A stretch of 64,000 bases of DNA from an uncultured Candidatus Actinomarina sp. (GTDB taxonomy: Bacteria; Actinomycetota; Acidimicrobiia; Actinomarinales; Actinomarinaceae): positions 70,858-134,857 of the forward strand of contig CACJUH010000001.1 in NCBI GenBank assembly GCA_902596545.1. The letters run 5' to 3'. Below the pieces are notes generated by a model. That model made no database searches. It had not been told where the DNA came from and saw only the letters and a list, made by a program, of their open reading frames with translations. A program made the position numbers and the translations under genes. This document shows, piece by piece, positions 61,183 to 64,000 of the stretch. Each line of letters begins with the position of its first letter. Position 1 is the first letter of the stretch.

Positions 61183-62390
61183 TAAACATCGGATGGACGT
61201 AAATCTAATTCAAAAACAAGTGTAATAATTTGTGATTCTCTAAGTATTTCAATCTCCACTATCTCACCTGCTCTTTTTGTTCTTAAAATAGTTATTAAAC
61301 CATCAAGTGTTTTTACTGTTTTACCATTTATTTTTTTTATAATATCACCTGGTTGTGCTCCAGCTTTTCCTATAGCAAATATTTCACCACCTGGACCATA
61401 AAGTTCTTGTATAAACACCCCAGAAAATACTCTTGCACCATCTTCTGCAATATCAAAATGCTGAGCTCCTAGAATTCCTAGGAAAGCATGAAGTATTTTT
61501 CCATCTTTTATCAAACCTTCTGCAATGTTTAAAGCAAGATTTACTGGTACAGCAAAGCCTAATCCCTCAGCACCAACATCAGCTGTTGCGATTGCAGTAG
61601 TAATGCCAATTAATTCTCCATTTTTATTAATTAGTGCGCCTCCACTAGAACCTCTAGTAATAGGTGCATCAGTTTGTATAAGCCCAAATAAAGTTACTGA
61701 AGTGCCCATTACATCACCACCAACATCTAGTCTTCTCTGAAGTGCAGAAACAACACCTGTTGTTACAGTAGGTGCGGCACCAAGCGTAAGAGGATGTCCA
61801 ATGGCAACTGCTAAATCACCAACTAGCATTTTATCGCTATTACCAATTGCAATAGGTATCAAATTTGAAGCTGTTATTTTTACAAGCCCAATGTCAGTCA
61901 ATCTGTCAGAACCAATTATATTTGCTTCGTACATTCGTCCATCTTCAAAAATAACTCTAACCTCTGTGGAATTGTCGATAACATGGTGATTTGTCATTAT
62001 TAGACCATCATCAGTAATTACAACCCCTGAACCTCCACCAGCTGACAAAAACTCTCCATCATCAGACAGTGTCCCCACTTGAACTTGAACAATTGTCTTT
62101 GTTGCCAATTCAGCTATTGAGACAACCTCAGTCGAATCCACTCTAGGCATAACTAATTCTTTTTCCTTTACAGTCTCAGTAATTGTTATTGGCTCTGGTA
62201 AAACAATTTCTTCTTCTTCAAAAAGACCAAATAAAAATAAAAATCCTAAAACAACACCACTCGAAAGAAGAGCAGAACCAATTACGACATTTAATGAGCT
62301 TTTTTTCTTTTCAGTTTTTTCTTCAATTAGATCCGAAATATATTTTCTTTGTTCAAACAATTCTTGTTGCGAATAATTATCTTCTTCCAT
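61182..62390 (-). CDS. htrA: HtrA/DegP-family serine protease with N-terminal TM helix and C-terminal PDZ domain
   Basis: 402 aa. Catalytic triad contexts MTNHHV, D, TRGSSGGALIN. PDZ at the C-terminus. Confidence 0.88.
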   Translation of the reverse strand: MEEDNYSQQELFEQRKYISDLIEEKTEKKKSSLNVVIGSALLSSGVVLGFLFLFGLFEEEEIVLPEPITITETVKEKELVMPRVDSTEVVSIAELATKTIVQVQVGTLSDDGEFLSAGGGSGVVITDDGLIMTNHHVIDNSTEVRVIFEDGRMYEANIIGSDRLTDIGLVKITASNLIPIAIGNSDKMLVGDLAVAIGHPLTLGAAPTVTTGVVSALQRRLDVGGDVMGTSVTLFGLIQTDAPITRGSSGGALINKNGELIGITTAIATADVGAEGLGFAVPVNLALNIAEGLIKDGKILHAFLGILGAQHFDIAEDGARVFSGVFIQELYGPGGEIFAIGKAGAQPGDIIKKINGKTVKTLDGLITILRTKRAGEIVEIEILRESQIITLVFELDLRPSDV

Positions 62391-62522
62391 ACATTCATAT
62401 TAAATATGGAAAGATTCTAACCAATATTTCAAAACAATTTTTTTAAAAGGTTTCAATGTTTGTTGCTTTAAATTGTCTATAAGTTGAAAAATGTTTTACG
62501 TTTCCTTAAAGTTAAAAGGTAA

Positions 62523-63311
62523 ATGTTATCTGTTCAAAACTTAGAAGTTGTATATCAAGATGTTATTTTAGTTTTAAGGGGTGTTTCATTTGAAATCCCC
62601 AAAGGCGAAATAGTTTCTTTATTAGGTAGCAATGGTTCTGGAAAGACTACTGTTATCAGATCAATCACAGGTCTTCTTGATATTCAAAATGGTGATATAA
62701 CTAAAGGTACAATTTCAGTAGATGGAGAAGATATTACTAATGAAAAGCCATCAAAGATAGTTGAAAAAGGAATTGCTCAGGTTTTAGAAGGAAGAAGGAT
62801 TTTTGCAGAATTGTCTGTTGTAGAAAATCTGAGGTTGGGAGGACATACTAATAGCAAAGATATACCTGAAAACATTGATAGAGTATTAGATCTTTTTCCA
62901 ATACTAAAAGAAAGATCTAAGGGTGAAGCAGGTTATCTCTCTGGAGGTGAGCAACAAATGTTGGCAATTGGAAGAGCGCTTATGTCCAACCCAAATTATT
63001 TATTATTGGATGAACCAAGTCTTGGATTAGCTCCAAAATTAGTTGATCAAATTGCAGAGTTAATTACAGAAATAAACTCACAGGGAGTAACAGTTTTATT
63101 AGTAGAACAAAATGCAAACATGGCATTAAACGTATCAAGCCATGGTTATATTATGGAAACAGGAAATATAGTAATGGACAATCCTAGTGACGAACTATTA
63201 CAAGATCAAGATGTCAGAGAGTTCTATCTAGGCCTGAATCCTGAAGGAACGAACAGAAAATCTTTCAAGGATGTAAAACATTACAAAAGAAAAAAGAGAT
63301 GGTTGTCATGA
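62523..63311 (+). CDS. livF: Branched-chain amino acid ABC transporter ATP-binding protein LivF
   Basis: 262 aa. Walker A GSNGSGKTT, LSGGEQQMLAIGRALMSNPNYLLLDEPSLGLAP. Confidence 0.9.
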   Translation: MLSVQNLEVVYQDVILVLRGVSFEIPKGEIVSLLGSNGSGKTTVIRSITGLLDIQNGDITKGTISVDGEDITNEKPSKIVEKGIAQVLEGRRIFAELSVVENLRLGGHTNSKDIPENIDRVLDLFPILKERSKGEAGYLSGGEQQMLAIGRALMSNPNYLLLDEPSLGLAPKLVDQIAELITEINSQGVTVLLVEQNANMALNVSSHGYIMETGNIVMDNPSDELLQDQDVREFYLGLNPEGTNRKSFKDVKHYKRKKRWLS

Positions 63312-64000
63312 GTTCTTTAAAATTCAATGATGTAACTTTAAAGTTTGGTGGTATTACAGCATTGAATAATGTAAGTTTTGAAGTTAAACCCAAGACTTTG
63401 TATGCAATAATTGGACCTAACGGTGCTGGAAAAACATCTATTTTTAATTGTATAAGCGGAATATATAGACCAACAGAAGGTTCAGTTCATTATGGTGACA
63501 GCGACATCAAAGACTTAAGACCAGATCAAGTAGCTAATTTAGGCATTGCAAGAACTTTCCAAAATATTGAATTATTTGAAAATATGACGGTATTAGATAA
63601 TATTTTGATCGGTGCTCATAGGCATTTAAATTATGGTCCTATATCAAGTTTATTTTTCAGTAATAAAACTAGAAAAAGTGAATTGGAAGCAAGAAAAATA
63701 GCTGAAGATATAATTGATTTTCTTGAAATTGAACAATTCAGATATTCATATATTATGTCTCTTCCTTACGGTGTACAAAAACGTGTAGAAATAGGTAGAG
63801 CTCTAGCCATGGATCCAGACTTAATCTTGCTTGATGAACCAGCTGCTGGAATGAACAATGAAGAAACAGAGGATATCGCAAGATTCATTATTGACATACA
63901 TGAAGAAATGAAAAAAACAGTAATACTTGTTGATCATGATATGAACATGGTGATGGATATAGCAGAAGAAGTTATGGTTCTTAATTTTGGGGAAAAACTT
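63308..64000 (+). CDS. livG: Branched-chain amino acid ABC transporter ATP-binding protein LivG (3' end outside the window)
   Basis: MSSLKFNDVTLKFGGITALNNVSFEV...GPNGAGKTS. ATGA overlap with the livF stop. Runs off the window edge. Confidence 0.88.
   Translation, partial: MSSLKFNDVTLKFGGITALNNVSFEVKPKTLYAIIGPNGAGKTSIFNCISGIYRPTEGSVHYGDSDIKDLRPDQVANLGIARTFQNIELFENMTVLDNILIGAHRHLNYGPISSLFFSNKTRKSELEARKIAEDIIDFLEIEQFRYSYIMSLPYGVQKRVEIGRALAMDPDLILLDEPAAGMNNEETEDIARFIIDIHEEMKKTVILVDHDMNMVMDIAEEVMVLNFGEKL

Overview
This 64 kb window is core chromosome from a low-GC (~33%), compact, heavily gene-overlapping bacterium. A WhiB-family regulator, an AhpE-like peroxiredoxin, long zinc-free S14 and the gene order point to a streamlined low-GC actinobacterium, possibly a marine 'Actinomarina'-like lineage (inference).

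Gene content, in order:
- 1–18.7 kb: end of fusA, tuf, then the S10, spc and alpha ribosomal-protein operons through rplQ. These include secY, adk, map, infA, rpmJ, rpsM, rpsK, rpsD and rpoA, followed by truA, rplM and rpsI.
- 19–28.5 kb: glmM, a glmS ribozyme, glmS, two tiny tandem membrane-peptide genes, alr, tsaE, tsaB, rimI, tsaD and groES-groEL.
- 28.5–36.8 kb: a ten-gene Phe/Tyr pathway operon (aroH chorismate mutase, DAHP synthase, tyrA, aroA, aroE, aroC, aroK, aroB, aroQ, pheA). A candidate ribosome-mediated attenuator with a Tyr-Phe-Tyr-Phe leader peptide sits between aroH and the DAHP synthase.
- 36.8–47.8 kb: accessory-like patch. Genes: an S51-like peptidase, an esterase, an ECF T/A transporter pair with a Fur-family regulator and a large palindrome, a thioredoxin-fold gene interrupted by a single in-frame TGA, csaA, an FMN reductase, plsC, two Opp-like permeases, a NUDIX hydrolase and an EamA transporter.
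- 47.8–64 kb: trpS, pcrA, sucCD, icd, mdh, hup, sdhCDAB on the minus strand, whiB, an AhpE-like peroxiredoxin, htrA and livF-livG.

No rRNA, tRNA, CRISPR array or mobile element was found.

The most interesting items are the candidate selenocysteine (UxxC) thioredoxin-like protein, the aromatic attenuator, the glmS ribozyme in this lineage, and the non-canonical start of aroQ.
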